The translations under genes were made by a program, and so were the position numbers. Shown piece by piece: positions 51,721-60,362 of a stretch of DNA of 64,000 bases. Within the stretch, counting starts at the first letter, position 1, and the number at the start of each line of letters is the position of its first letter. Origin of the DNA: a virus; the IMG/VR virus record IMGVR_UViG_3300032240_003128; one strand, written 5' to 3'. The notes beneath the pieces are model-generated. The model saw nothing but the letters and a program-made list of their open reading frames with translations, ran no database searches and had not been told where the DNA came from.

Positions 51721-53121
51721 ATGAATCTTGTAGAAAGACTCAAAAAACATTTCGATGTCGAAAGTAATGTCTTGATAACTGGCGCACATGGCGTTGGTAA
51801 AACATCTATTATCAAACAGGTATTTGAAGACAATGGCTTGGTTCTTAATGAATCATGGCTTTATTTCTCAGGATCTACTCTTGATCCTTGGGTTGACTTT
51901 ATCGGTATTCCAAAAGAAATAGAATACAACGGCAAGAAATGCATTGAAATAATACCACCAAAAGCATTTATAGACGAAGGTAAGATTCAAGCTATTTTCA
52001 TCGATGAGTTCAATCGTTCACCTAGCAAGATCAGGAATGCTCTTTTAGAACTTTGCCAATTCAAATCCATCAATGGTCGAAAATTTCCTAACTTGAAAGT
52101 TGTTTGGGCTGCGATCAATCCAGAAGATGAAGAAAATACTTATGATGTAGAAAGGCTCGATCCTGCTCAAAAAGATCGATTTCCCGGTAATCAAATATTT
52201 GTTCCATATGCTTGTGATACAGATTATTTTATCAAAAAATACGGTAACGACATAGCAACAACTAGTATTAATTGGTGGAACGATTTACCCGAAAACATCA
52301 AAAAACAAGTTTCACCTAGAAGACTTGATTATGCCCTCGAATATATGGCTAAAGGTATACCTTTAGAAGACATTCTGCCAAAAGATAGCAATCCGTCTAA
52401 ATTAAGACAAGATCTTAGTAATGGTCCCATTGATAAGAAACTGTCCAAATTGTATGAAACAAAAAATGTAAAAGAAGCAAAATTATTTTTAAATGTAGAA
52501 AACAACTATGTATCTGCCATAAAGATAATCAACATCAACGAAGGTTATAAAGAGTTTTTCGTTCCTTTGTTGAAGAAAGAAAAATTATGTTTATTGATTG
52601 CTGATGAAAAGATGTCTATTTCAGATTATATCTTAGCAAACAAGAACAAACATACTGAATTTAAATCAGCAGTAGAAGACATATTGACTGCTAGTACAAA
52701 TCCAAAAGCATTGATGAAAATAAGATCCTATTATGCTTCTAATGGCATAGAAGAATCAAGTAAAACCAAAGATATAAACAATGGCGTTGTCGAATCGTTG
52801 TCAAATAATGATTACATAGATCAATTTGACAAATGTAGCAAGAAAGATAAAATTAAAATTGTTATGCAAAATTTTCCAGATGATCCAAATGTTGATGTTT
52901 GCGAAAAAACAATGATATTTATTGTAGATTTTGTGGCTGAGAAATGGGAGACAACTATAAAACAATATGATTTAGATCTGTTGGTAGATATATGGAATAG
53001 ATCTTATGTAAAAGTAGACAAAATGTTTGCTGTTAAAATTAGTCAGACCCTAAATTTTAAGAAGAAATGCGAAAATTTAGGAATCATTAACATGATGAAA
53101 GGAATTCAAAATGGATATTAA
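51721..53121 (+). CDS. MoxR/dynein-related AAA+ ATPase
   Basis: Walker A GAHGVGKT; Walker B IFIDEFNR; AAINP; LDPAQKDRF; SPRR. Confidence 0.9.
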   Translation: MNLVERLKKHFDVESNVLITGAHGVGKTSIIKQVFEDNGLVLNESWLYFSGSTLDPWVDFIGIPKEIEYNGKKCIEIIPPKAFIDEGKIQAIFIDEFNRSPSKIRNALLELCQFKSINGRKFPNLKVVWAAINPEDEENTYDVERLDPAQKDRFPGNQIFVPYACDTDYFIKKYGNDIATTSINWWNDLPENIKKQVSPRRLDYALEYMAKGIPLEDILPKDSNPSKLRQDLSNGPIDKKLSKLYETKNVKEAKLFLNVENNYVSAIKIININEGYKEFFVPLLKKEKLCLLIADEKMSISDYILANKNKHTEFKSAVEDILTASTNPKALMKIRSYYASNGIEESSKTKDINNGVVESLSNNDYIDQFDKCSKKDKIKIVMQNFPDDPNVDVCEKTMIFIVDFVAEKWETTIKQYDLDLLVDIWNRSYVKVDKMFAVKISQTLNFKKKCENLGIINMMKGIQNGY

Positions 53122-54364
53122 TTCAGATTGGGAAAGACTTAAAAACAAGCTTGCTTGCCATCATAGTCTTTTCTACAAGATTGTCGAAATGGGTAAACCC
53201 TTTTTCACTGATAGGATTCCTACAGCAGCGGTTCAGTTTGACAAAGAAGGAAAATTTATTAGTTTTCTTTTTAATGAAAAGTTTTGGCAAGAGTGCGACG
53301 ATTACAAGAAAATGTTTGTAATTTGTCATGAATCTTTACATATAGTTTTACAACATGGAACAAGATTCTTAGAAAGTTTTAAGAATAAAATAGCAAATAT
53401 TGCTATGGATATAGTTGTCAATCATGCTCTTGTTAGAGATTTCGGTTTTATTAGGTCAGAACTTGATCCAAATTCAGATTATTGTTGGGTTGATACTGTT
53501 TTTAAAGACAAAAAATACTTAGGATTTCCTTATCCTGACGATGAATCAACAGAATTTTACTACAATGAAATTGAAAAAACCATGGAAGAAAACTCCGATG
53601 GTGATTGGCAGATGAGCTTAAACGGTGGTGGTAACCTTGTAGATGATCATAGTGGTATGTCGAGTGAAGAATTGGAAGAAATTATTAAGAAATCAGTTGA
53701 TACTTTAGATGAAAAAGAAAAGAGCCAATTAAACGATGCTTTAAACAATATTAAAAAAGCTGGTAATCAAGCTGGTAACTGGATGAGTATTGGAAAAATC
53801 CAAGAAGTAAAAAAACGTAAATGGGAAACAATTATCAAAAAATGGCAAATAAAATCTTTAAAACTAGAAGAAGCTGAAAAGGAACAATGGATTAGAAAAT
53901 CAAGAAGAATGAATTCTTTTCATAATGGTTTGATATTGCCTTCTAATGCTGAAATTGAACATTTCCACATGACGAAGAATAAAGTAAATGTTTATTTCTT
54001 TTTAGATACATCTGGAAGCTGTATAAATCTAGCAAAAAGATTTTTTCTTGCTGCCAATAGCTTACCAAAGGAAAAATTTAATATAAGATTGTTTTGTTTT
54101 GACACAAGAGTAGAAGAAACAGATTTAAAATCTGGTAAAGTATATGGCGGTGGTGGGACTTACTTTGATATTATCGAAGAAAGAATCCAGCAAGAAAAGA
54201 AAGAAAATAAAAAATATCCAGCCGCAGTTTTTATCATTACTGATGGTGCTGGAAATAATGTTACACCTGAATTCCCTAATAGATGGCATTGGTTTTTATC
54301 TGAAGATAACAAAAGATATATTCCTAAACAATCTTTTGTTTATGATTTATCAGATTTTGAGTGA
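53111..54364 (+). CDS. DUF2201-like metallopeptidase plus vWA domain protein
   Basis: HESLH zinc motif; NIAMDIVVN; MIDAS DTSGS; GGGGT; ITDG. Confidence 0.85.
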   Translation: MDINSDWERLKNKLACHHSLFYKIVEMGKPFFTDRIPTAAVQFDKEGKFISFLFNEKFWQECDDYKKMFVICHESLHIVLQHGTRFLESFKNKIANIAMDIVVNHALVRDFGFIRSELDPNSDYCWVDTVFKDKKYLGFPYPDDESTEFYYNEIEKTMEENSDGDWQMSLNGGGNLVDDHSGMSSEELEEIIKKSVDTLDEKEKSQLNDALNNIKKAGNQAGNWMSIGKIQEVKKRKWETIIKKWQIKSLKLEEAEKEQWIRKSRRMNSFHNGLILPSNAEIEHFHMTKNKVNVYFFLDTSGSCINLAKRFFLAANSLPKEKFNIRLFCFDTRVEETDLKSGKVYGGGGTYFDIIEERIQQEKKENKKYPAAVFIITDGAGNNVTPEFPNRWHWFLSEDNKRYIPKQSFVYDLSDFE

Positions 54365-54372
54365 TTGGCAGT

Positions 54373-54909
54373 CTAAGATTGGTAGAAGAACTCATCGTTT
54401 AGCTTTAGGATGTGATCTAAAGCCACTCCTGTCCATTCTTTGTACTTCATTGTATATTCGAACTCGTGACCAACAAGATCTCTTGTAAGCACAAAAACGA
54501 GCCAAGGTTTGCGTGTCTTTTTCCAGCAAACCATAGGGCTTCTGCCACATCGTTTGCTGTCATCGGTTACTTGTTCCATAAAGCTGTCTAATTCGCTATT
54601 ACCTTTGATAAAGATGGAACTCATGTCAATGCTGTCATAGCCGCCCTTGCTTTCAATGACAAACTTAAAGCCTTTGGGTACGACAAGATCACCGCTAAAC
54701 ACTTGTGTGGCTTCTTCTGTCATTTTATCGACTTGAGCCCATCGATTGCCGCTCCCGACAGAACGTGTGAAGGGCATATTGAATCTATTAGATAAAATCT
54801 TAGTTAATTCTAGTTCTGTACGATTTCCCTTTTTCTTGCCGTTTACCTTTTTAGGTTTTTTTGGAAGTATTTCGTCTATATCAAGACCAGAAAAATCATT
54901 AGTACTCAA
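54373..54909 (-). CDS. Holliday junction resolvase-like PD-(D/E)XK nuclease
   Basis: KKKGNRTELEL; SGDL; FVIESK. Confidence 0.75.
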   Translation of the reverse strand: MSTNDFSGLDIDEILPKKPKKVNGKKKGNRTELELTKILSNRFNMPFTRSVGSGNRWAQVDKMTEEATQVFSGDLVVPKGFKFVIESKGGYDSIDMSSIFIKGNSELDSFMEQVTDDSKRCGRSPMVCWKKTRKPWLVFVLTRDLVGHEFEYTMKYKEWTGVALDHILKLNDEFFYQS

Positions 54910-55690
54910 GCAGCACCTCTTTATGTAATTTAATTGAGTAAAATTTTCTGGTTATAGAAACATCATCATAAGTGAATTCACATAGTTTATAAGGACTAAC
55001 TTTATAGAAATTACATTCTTTCATTATATTTTCTGCTTTATTGTAGTAAGACAAGGCATGTAGAAATATTTCAACTGTAGAACAGAAGAAAATTTGTCCT
55101 GTTATGTGAGTCATATCGAAGAAATAAAGCGGTCTTGCATGATTTCTGTAAAGATATAATTTTATTTTATTTTCTTTGTGTTCGCATAAAGATATTGCAA
55201 ATTGACTTTTAGGTATCAAACCTGTCAATTTAGAAAAAGCTTTATTGGTAGGACTTGTATCATTTTCAAAGAATCTGAGTAAAATTTCTGAATCGCAAGT
55301 TGATTCTGTTCGAAAATGTTCTTTTAACGAATCGTATTCTGTTCTTTCAACAATGCCATTATGTATAAGGATTTTTTTATTATCTTTACTAACAAAAGGA
55401 TGATTATTTATATTGTTTTCTGGTTCTCCACAATTTGCTGTAGCATGTCTGGTATGCATCAAACATAACTTCATGTTAGTATGTTTAAGATTTTTAAAAA
55501 AAACTGTTTTTACAAACTCGGAAGAAGGAATAGGTTCTTTTTTAAAATAACAATTATTTTCTACATCAACAGCATAAAAACCGGATGCATGAATTCCACG
55601 ATATTCTAAAAGCTTAAATATTCTTTTTGAAAAATTATAAGTAAACTTTGGACTGTTGGAAATTCCTATAAAGCCAGCTATGCCGCAAAT
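54899..55690 (-). CDS. Class II (Ntn) glutamine amidotransferase, ATT start
   Basis: The frame extends 72 codons upstream of the track's ATG to ATT-TGC-GGC-ATA-GCT-GGC (xCGIAG). Other motifs: RGIHASG, HTRHAT, NNHPF, HNG, CDSEIL, RPL. Confidence 0.85.
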   Translation of the reverse strand: MCGIAGFIGISNSPKFTYNFSKRIFKLLEYRGIHASGFYAVDVENNCYFKKEPIPSSEFVKTVFFKNLKHTNMKLCLMHTRHATANCGEPENNINNHPFVSKDNKKILIHNGIVERTEYDSLKEHFRTESTCDSEILLRFFENDTSPTNKAFSKLTGLIPKSQFAISLCEHKENKIKLYLYRNHARPLYFFDMTHITGQIFFCSTVEIFLHALSYYNKAENIMKECNFYKVSPYKLCEFTYDDVSITRKFYSIKLHKEVLLEY

Positions 55691-55704
55691 AATACACCTT
55701 ACCT

Positions 55705-56334
55705 TTATAACATTTTATAACGATTGTTTTGAGTTTTGATGTTTGGTTTTTTTCTTTCTTCAATCAATTTAGTTTTAATTGATTTGGTAGACGAAACATC
55801 CGATAAATTGTAGTTAAATTGTTTTGCATTAAGAAATATATTGATCTCGTTGAAAATTTCTATTGGATTGGCTATTAGTTTTTCATTTTCAATAGTCATG
55901 AAATTTTTAACTTTATCTTTAAGCTTCATGGCATTGGAATAGCATGTATCGTATGAATTTGATTTTTCATCATGCGATGATTTTCTAAATTTAGGATTTA
56001 CATATGAATTATGTGCTGACCAACTTTTTATAATGCTGTTTTTGTCTTTCAAGCAATAAAGATAATAAGAATTTGGCATATTTTCAATCAGCCAATCTGT
56101 ATGATTGTTTTCGATCCAAGGTCTTTTTAGGATAACTCTATTTTCTTTTTGAGTTAAAGATTCTATTTTTTGAGCATTTGCGTTTAATAAAAAGTCATTT
56201 TCTAAAATGAATGCCATTGATCCGTTATTGAATAAAACAAAATCAGGATGTTGGCGTATTACATGGGCTACAATTGTGGTCCCTGAATGAGCCATACCGC
56301 AAATAATTATTAATTTTTCATTACCTTTTATCAT
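55705..56334 (-). CDS. Sulfotransferase-family (P-loop) protein
   Basis: IIICGMAHSGTT PAPS-loop-like; ILKRP; IIKSW; EKLIANP. Confidence 0.7.
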   Translation of the reverse strand: MIKGNEKLIIICGMAHSGTTIVAHVIRQHPDFVLFNNGSMAFILENDFLLNANAQKIESLTQKENRVILKRPWIENNHTDWLIENMPNSYYLYCLKDKNSIIKSWSAHNSYVNPKFRKSSHDEKSNSYDTCYSNAMKLKDKVKNFMTIENEKLIANPIEIFNEINIFLNAKQFNYNLSDVSSTKSIKTKLIEERKKPNIKTQNNRYKML

Positions 56335-56813
56335 TTTTGCGGCATTTGACTAGTAGGTGCTGCTTGAGACATGTCAAAACCGCTTGCAGGAGGCATTTCA
56401 GGTGCAATGTCCTGCGTTGCCACATCCTTGGGTTTTTCCATTTCAGCGGGCTTTTTGGTGATTTGAAAGGCATTAACAGGAACGCCCATCTTATTAACCA
56501 CTTGTTGCAATACAGCAATTGTGCTTTTAAGAACATTTTCTATGTTATCGTTCTCATCTATAGACTTTGCCAAAGCAATAGCACATTTTTGTAAAGACTT
56601 AAGAAATTTACGATTTTCATTTCCCCAGTGACCTTGCAAAATGCCTCTGCATTTATTAACAATTATTTGACTGTAGCGAACTAAATTTCTTGTACCTATT
56701 TTATTGACTTCGTCTGCTAGTTCTTGAGAAGAATTGAGAACATCGCCAATTTCTTTAGCTAAATAAACTTTGTTTTCGTTCAAAACATATGTTCTAAAAT
56801 TAAAATTTGTCAT
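56331..56813 (-). CDS. Helical hypothetical protein with capsid-targeting-like leader
   Basis: MTNFNFRTYVLNE; TAAATA 5 nt before the ATG. Confidence 0.65.
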   Translation of the reverse strand: MTNFNFRTYVLNENKVYLAKEIGDVLNSSQELADEVNKIGTRNLVRYSQIIVNKCRGILQGHWGNENRKFLKSLQKCAIALAKSIDENDNIENVLKSTIAVLQQVVNKMGVPVNAFQITKKPAEMEKPKDVATQDIAPEMPPASGFDMSQAAPTSQMPQK

Positions 56814-56850
56814 ATTTCTATTTATTAATAAAGTATCAAATGTTTTTTTA

Positions 56851-57711
56851 TCACATCATTTTTATTGGTAAATTTACATCACAATGCTTCACACCCGGTA
56901 TTATTTTGCTCATAAAATAATTGTTTAACAAGATATGATTAAAGTGTTTTGAATGATAAACATTTTCTGGTATAGCTTGTGGGGGCGCAGTCATTAAATG
57001 TAAATTGTTAAATCTTGCTGACAAATTATCCTGTCCGAGAAACGATAAACCACCAGTGCCATTGTTGCGAATTGTAATATTATAAAACATTTCCATAAAT
57101 TTATCTTTATCTCTTTTTCTCAGATTTCTTAACATTGTTTCTTCTTGAATGCTACATTTTTCATTACAATGCGGATAAACATTTTTGATATAATTGATTT
57201 TATTGTGTTTGCCATTCATGATATCATTGTATTCTTGATCGATAAATTCTGCATATTTTTTAATCGAATCTTTTGTGGAATCGAAATAAATTATACCACC
57301 ATTAACAGCCAAATTGTCAGCATTCAAAATACCAACTTTATCCCAATGAAAATTAGAAAATTGATTAAGTAAAAAAACATCTACGTCAATATAAATTGCT
57401 TTAGATTTTTCAAGTTTGGCATGATTATAGCAATTGATATGTCTTGAAAACATTTTCCAATTCATATTAGGCTGATTGCATTTTGCGTAAACTGGTTCTT
57501 GTTCAACCAAATCAAATTTTATCTTTTTTGATGCTTCTAAAATAAGATCTGGAGGTTTGTCGTTTTCGTAAGTTATTACAACAATTTTATTATTAGGATA
57601 ATAATGTCTCAATGTTAAAACTGAGACTAAAAAACAACCCCAGAACTTATGAAAACCAATTGAATTGCTATTGGTGTAAACTACATAATAAAATACTATT
57701 TCTTCTTGCAT
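56851..57711 (-). CDS. GT-A fold glycosyltransferase (GT8-like)
   Basis: SVLTLRHYYP; IYIDVDVF; VNGGIIYF; QEETML. Confidence 0.65.
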   Translation of the reverse strand: MQEEIVFYYVVYTNSNSIGFHKFWGCFLVSVLTLRHYYPNNKIVVITYENDKPPDLILEASKKIKFDLVEQEPVYAKCNQPNMNWKMFSRHINCYNHAKLEKSKAIYIDVDVFLLNQFSNFHWDKVGILNADNLAVNGGIIYFDSTKDSIKKYAEFIDQEYNDIMNGKHNKINYIKNVYPHCNEKCSIQEETMLRNLRKRDKDKFMEMFYNITIRNNGTGGLSFLGQDNLSARFNNLHLMTAPPQAIPENVYHSKHFNHILLNNYFMSKIIPGVKHCDVNLPIKMM

Positions 57712-57738
57712 ATCATCTATGTATTACGATGTAATTAA

Positions 57739-57785
57739 CAACTCCATGTTTCCAACTCAATAATAGAGTTAAAAACATGGAGTTG
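57739..57785 (-). terminator. Long hairpin downstream of the RNR gene
   Basis: CAACTCCATGTTT...AAACATGGAGTTG outer stem with an inner AACTC/GAGTT stem. Confidence 0.65.
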
Positions 57786-57811
57786 CTTTGTAGAATTGTT
57801 AAATACAATTC

Positions 57812-60265
57812 TTAACCACACTTAGACCATCCGCATGATTTGCAAATAACGCAACCATCATTTCTTTCAATTTGACTGCTTGCGCATGATGGGCATTCTT
57901 CACCATGAACCTTAGTGCCATCCTTGATGTACTTCTTAAGAGTTCTTGCAAGCACCTTACTAAGGCTGACAAGATCTCCCTTAGTCTTTTCAAGCTGATG
58001 AACGACGAAGCTAATATCAGCACCGTGACGAAGTGATGTGCTAACCATGCGGCACAACGCATCTCCATTCTCATGATTGCTAATATTAATCAAATTAAAT
58101 GATTCGTTGCCAGCTTGGAACACATACTTGCCTCTATTGAGCTTCTTGAGCAATCCCTTGGTTTCCTTACACTTAATCAATAGTTTGCCGTCTTCGGTGT
58201 TTAAGCCAGCAAATACTTCGTATGGCTCACCGTTAAAAAGACCTACAACAACATAATAAGGTTCACCTTTAACCATTGGAAGATACAATTCTGCTTCAAT
58301 ATCAGCAGGACGTTTTGGAGCATCGTTCTTTATGATCTTTTCTTCTACTTCTTCTTCTTTCTTAGCAGGTTTTTCAACCAAAACTCCTGTTCGGCAATTC
58401 TTGCGATAAACAGTCATACCCTTGCACTTATACTTCCATGCAGCTTCATAAATCTTAGCAACTTGTTCTTCTGTAACTTCTTCTGGCAAGTTAACAGTCT
58501 TGGAAATTGCATGATCTACATACTTTTGCGCTTCAGCTTGTAATTCTACAGCCGCAACCCAATCAATATCTTCCGCACAGCAACCAAACCAAGGAGACTT
58601 CTTAAGATCCGTTTCCCCTGTAATATCCATCCACATTTTGACTTTAGGATGATACACTTCAAATTCTTGCCAGTGATCCCCATTTGGATCAACAAAATCT
58701 GTTCTTGCATTCTTATCGTTTGGATTGATCTTTTTTCGTCTGGTATATGGGAAAAGCATGAACAAAGGTTCAACACCAGATGTTGTCTGTGTCATGATAG
58801 ACACAGATCCTGTTGGAGCAATTGTTAAATTAGCAATATTCCTTCTACCATGCTTTTGCATATTTTCGTAAAGAGTTGCATCAAGATCTTTCAGCATCAA
58901 AAGAAATTCAGAATCCTTTTCTTTGTTCCAATCCCAAACAGGGAATGCACCTGTCTTTTTAGCCATATCAACACTAGACCGGAACGATGACAAGCACAAA
59001 GTCTTGCAAATTTTGCCAGTCATTTCAATACTTTGTCTGCTACCATAAGCAATACTCAAAGCTGCCATCGTATCACCCAAAGCAGTCAATCCAGTACCAG
59101 TTCTTCTACCATTTTCACACTTTTTATAAATATCTTGCCAAAGTTCAATCTCATTAGCTTTAATAGTGCTAGATTCTGGGTCTTTCTTAATTTTCTTGAT
59201 AATTTCGCTTACTTTTTCAAGTTCAAGATCAATCATATCATCCATCAATCGCTGACAGATTATTGCGTGTTCTTCAAACAATGCAAAATCAAAATAAGCA
59301 TCTTTAGTGAAAGGATTGACAACATAAGAGAACAAATTGAGAACCATTAAGCGGCAAGAGTCAAAAGCACAAATTGGTAATTCGGCACAGGGGTTTGTTG
59401 ATATAGTTTTATATCCATCTTCTGCATAGCAGTCAACGGCGTTGTACTTAGTGATCTGATCCCAGAAAAGAAGACCGGGTTCAGCTCTTAGCCATGCATT
59501 GTGGATGATCTTTTTCCACAATTCCTTAGCATCGACATAGATGTCACTGTCGCTAGGAGGTGCATCTACGGGGAATCGTAAGCGGAACTTTTCGCCCTTT
59601 TCAACAGCTTCCAAGAATTCATTACTAAGCAAAACAGAGATATTTGCCCCTGTAACCTTTGAACTGTCGTTCTTAATGGTGATAAACGATTCAATGTCCT
59701 TATGAGCAACATGGATACTAAGCATTAGAGCGCCTCTGCGCCCCGCCTGACCGACTTCTCTGATTGTGTTGCTATATCGCTCCATCCAAGAACCAATGCC
59801 TGTGCTGGTCCTAGCAGCGTTCTTAACAGGCGATCCGGAGGGACGTAGGGTAGATATGTCTACACCAACGCCACCTCTTCGTTTAGAAATTTGAGCTAAA
59901 TGTTCATCAACCTTAAGAATGCCACCATAACTGTCTTTTGGACTTTCAACTACATAGCAATTTGAAAGCGAAATGATTTGATGATCGTTCCCAATACCAA
60001 ACATTGGACTGCCTTGTGGCACAATATATTTAAATTTGTCAAATAAAGAAAAAATTTGTTCTTCAGAAAGTGGTTCTGTATACTTTTCGTCTTCAATTCT
60101 TGCAAACTCCTTGGCAAGACGACGATGCATATCAGCCGGTGTTTGTTCAAGCAAATTAGAGTTATTGTCTTTAAGAGCATATTTATCTAAAAATACTTTT
60201 GCAGCTAATTCGTCTCCTTCGAAATATTCCACACATTTGTCGAACGAATCGTTGTACTGATACAT
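57812..60265 (-). CDS. nrdJ: Ribonucleotide reductase class II (adenosylcobalamin-dependent)
   Basis: SLSNCYV; RRGALM; TNPCAELP; CRL; RRTGTG; TIAPTGS; AISKTVN; C-terminal TSCPD-like region and zinc ribbon; no adjacent beta subunit. Confidence 0.9.
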   Translation of the reverse strand: MYQYNDSFDKCVEYFEGDELAAKVFLDKYALKDNNSNLLEQTPADMHRRLAKEFARIEDEKYTEPLSEEQIFSLFDKFKYIVPQGSPMFGIGNDHQIISLSNCYVVESPKDSYGGILKVDEHLAQISKRRGGVGVDISTLRPSGSPVKNAARTSTGIGSWMERYSNTIREVGQAGRRGALMLSIHVAHKDIESFITIKNDSSKVTGANISVLLSNEFLEAVEKGEKFRLRFPVDAPPSDSDIYVDAKELWKKIIHNAWLRAEPGLLFWDQITKYNAVDCYAEDGYKTISTNPCAELPICAFDSCRLMVLNLFSYVVNPFTKDAYFDFALFEEHAIICQRLMDDMIDLELEKVSEIIKKIKKDPESSTIKANEIELWQDIYKKCENGRRTGTGLTALGDTMAALSIAYGSRQSIEMTGKICKTLCLSSFRSSVDMAKKTGAFPVWDWNKEKDSEFLLMLKDLDATLYENMQKHGRRNIANLTIAPTGSVSIMTQTTSGVEPLFMLFPYTRRKKINPNDKNARTDFVDPNGDHWQEFEVYHPKVKMWMDITGETDLKKSPWFGCCAEDIDWVAAVELQAEAQKYVDHAISKTVNLPEEVTEEQVAKIYEAAWKYKCKGMTVYRKNCRTGVLVEKPAKKEEEVEEKIIKNDAPKRPADIEAELYLPMVKGEPYYVVVGLFNGEPYEVFAGLNTEDGKLLIKCKETKGLLKKLNRGKYVFQAGNESFNLINISNHENGDALCRMVSTSLRHGADISFVVHQLEKTKGDLVSLSKVLARTLKKYIKDGTKVHGEECPSCASSQIERNDGCVICKSCGWSKCG

Positions 60266-60362
60266 AAAAACCCCATAAATTAAAAGAACCTGATAAGATT
60301 AATAATACTAATGTTAAATTACAAAGCAATAAAAAATCAAAGCTTATTCCTAATTTGAAATT

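Noticed and set aside
57812-60265. Intein or intron in the RNR
   Set aside because: Catalytic motifs are contiguous with normal spacing; no splicing motifs seen.
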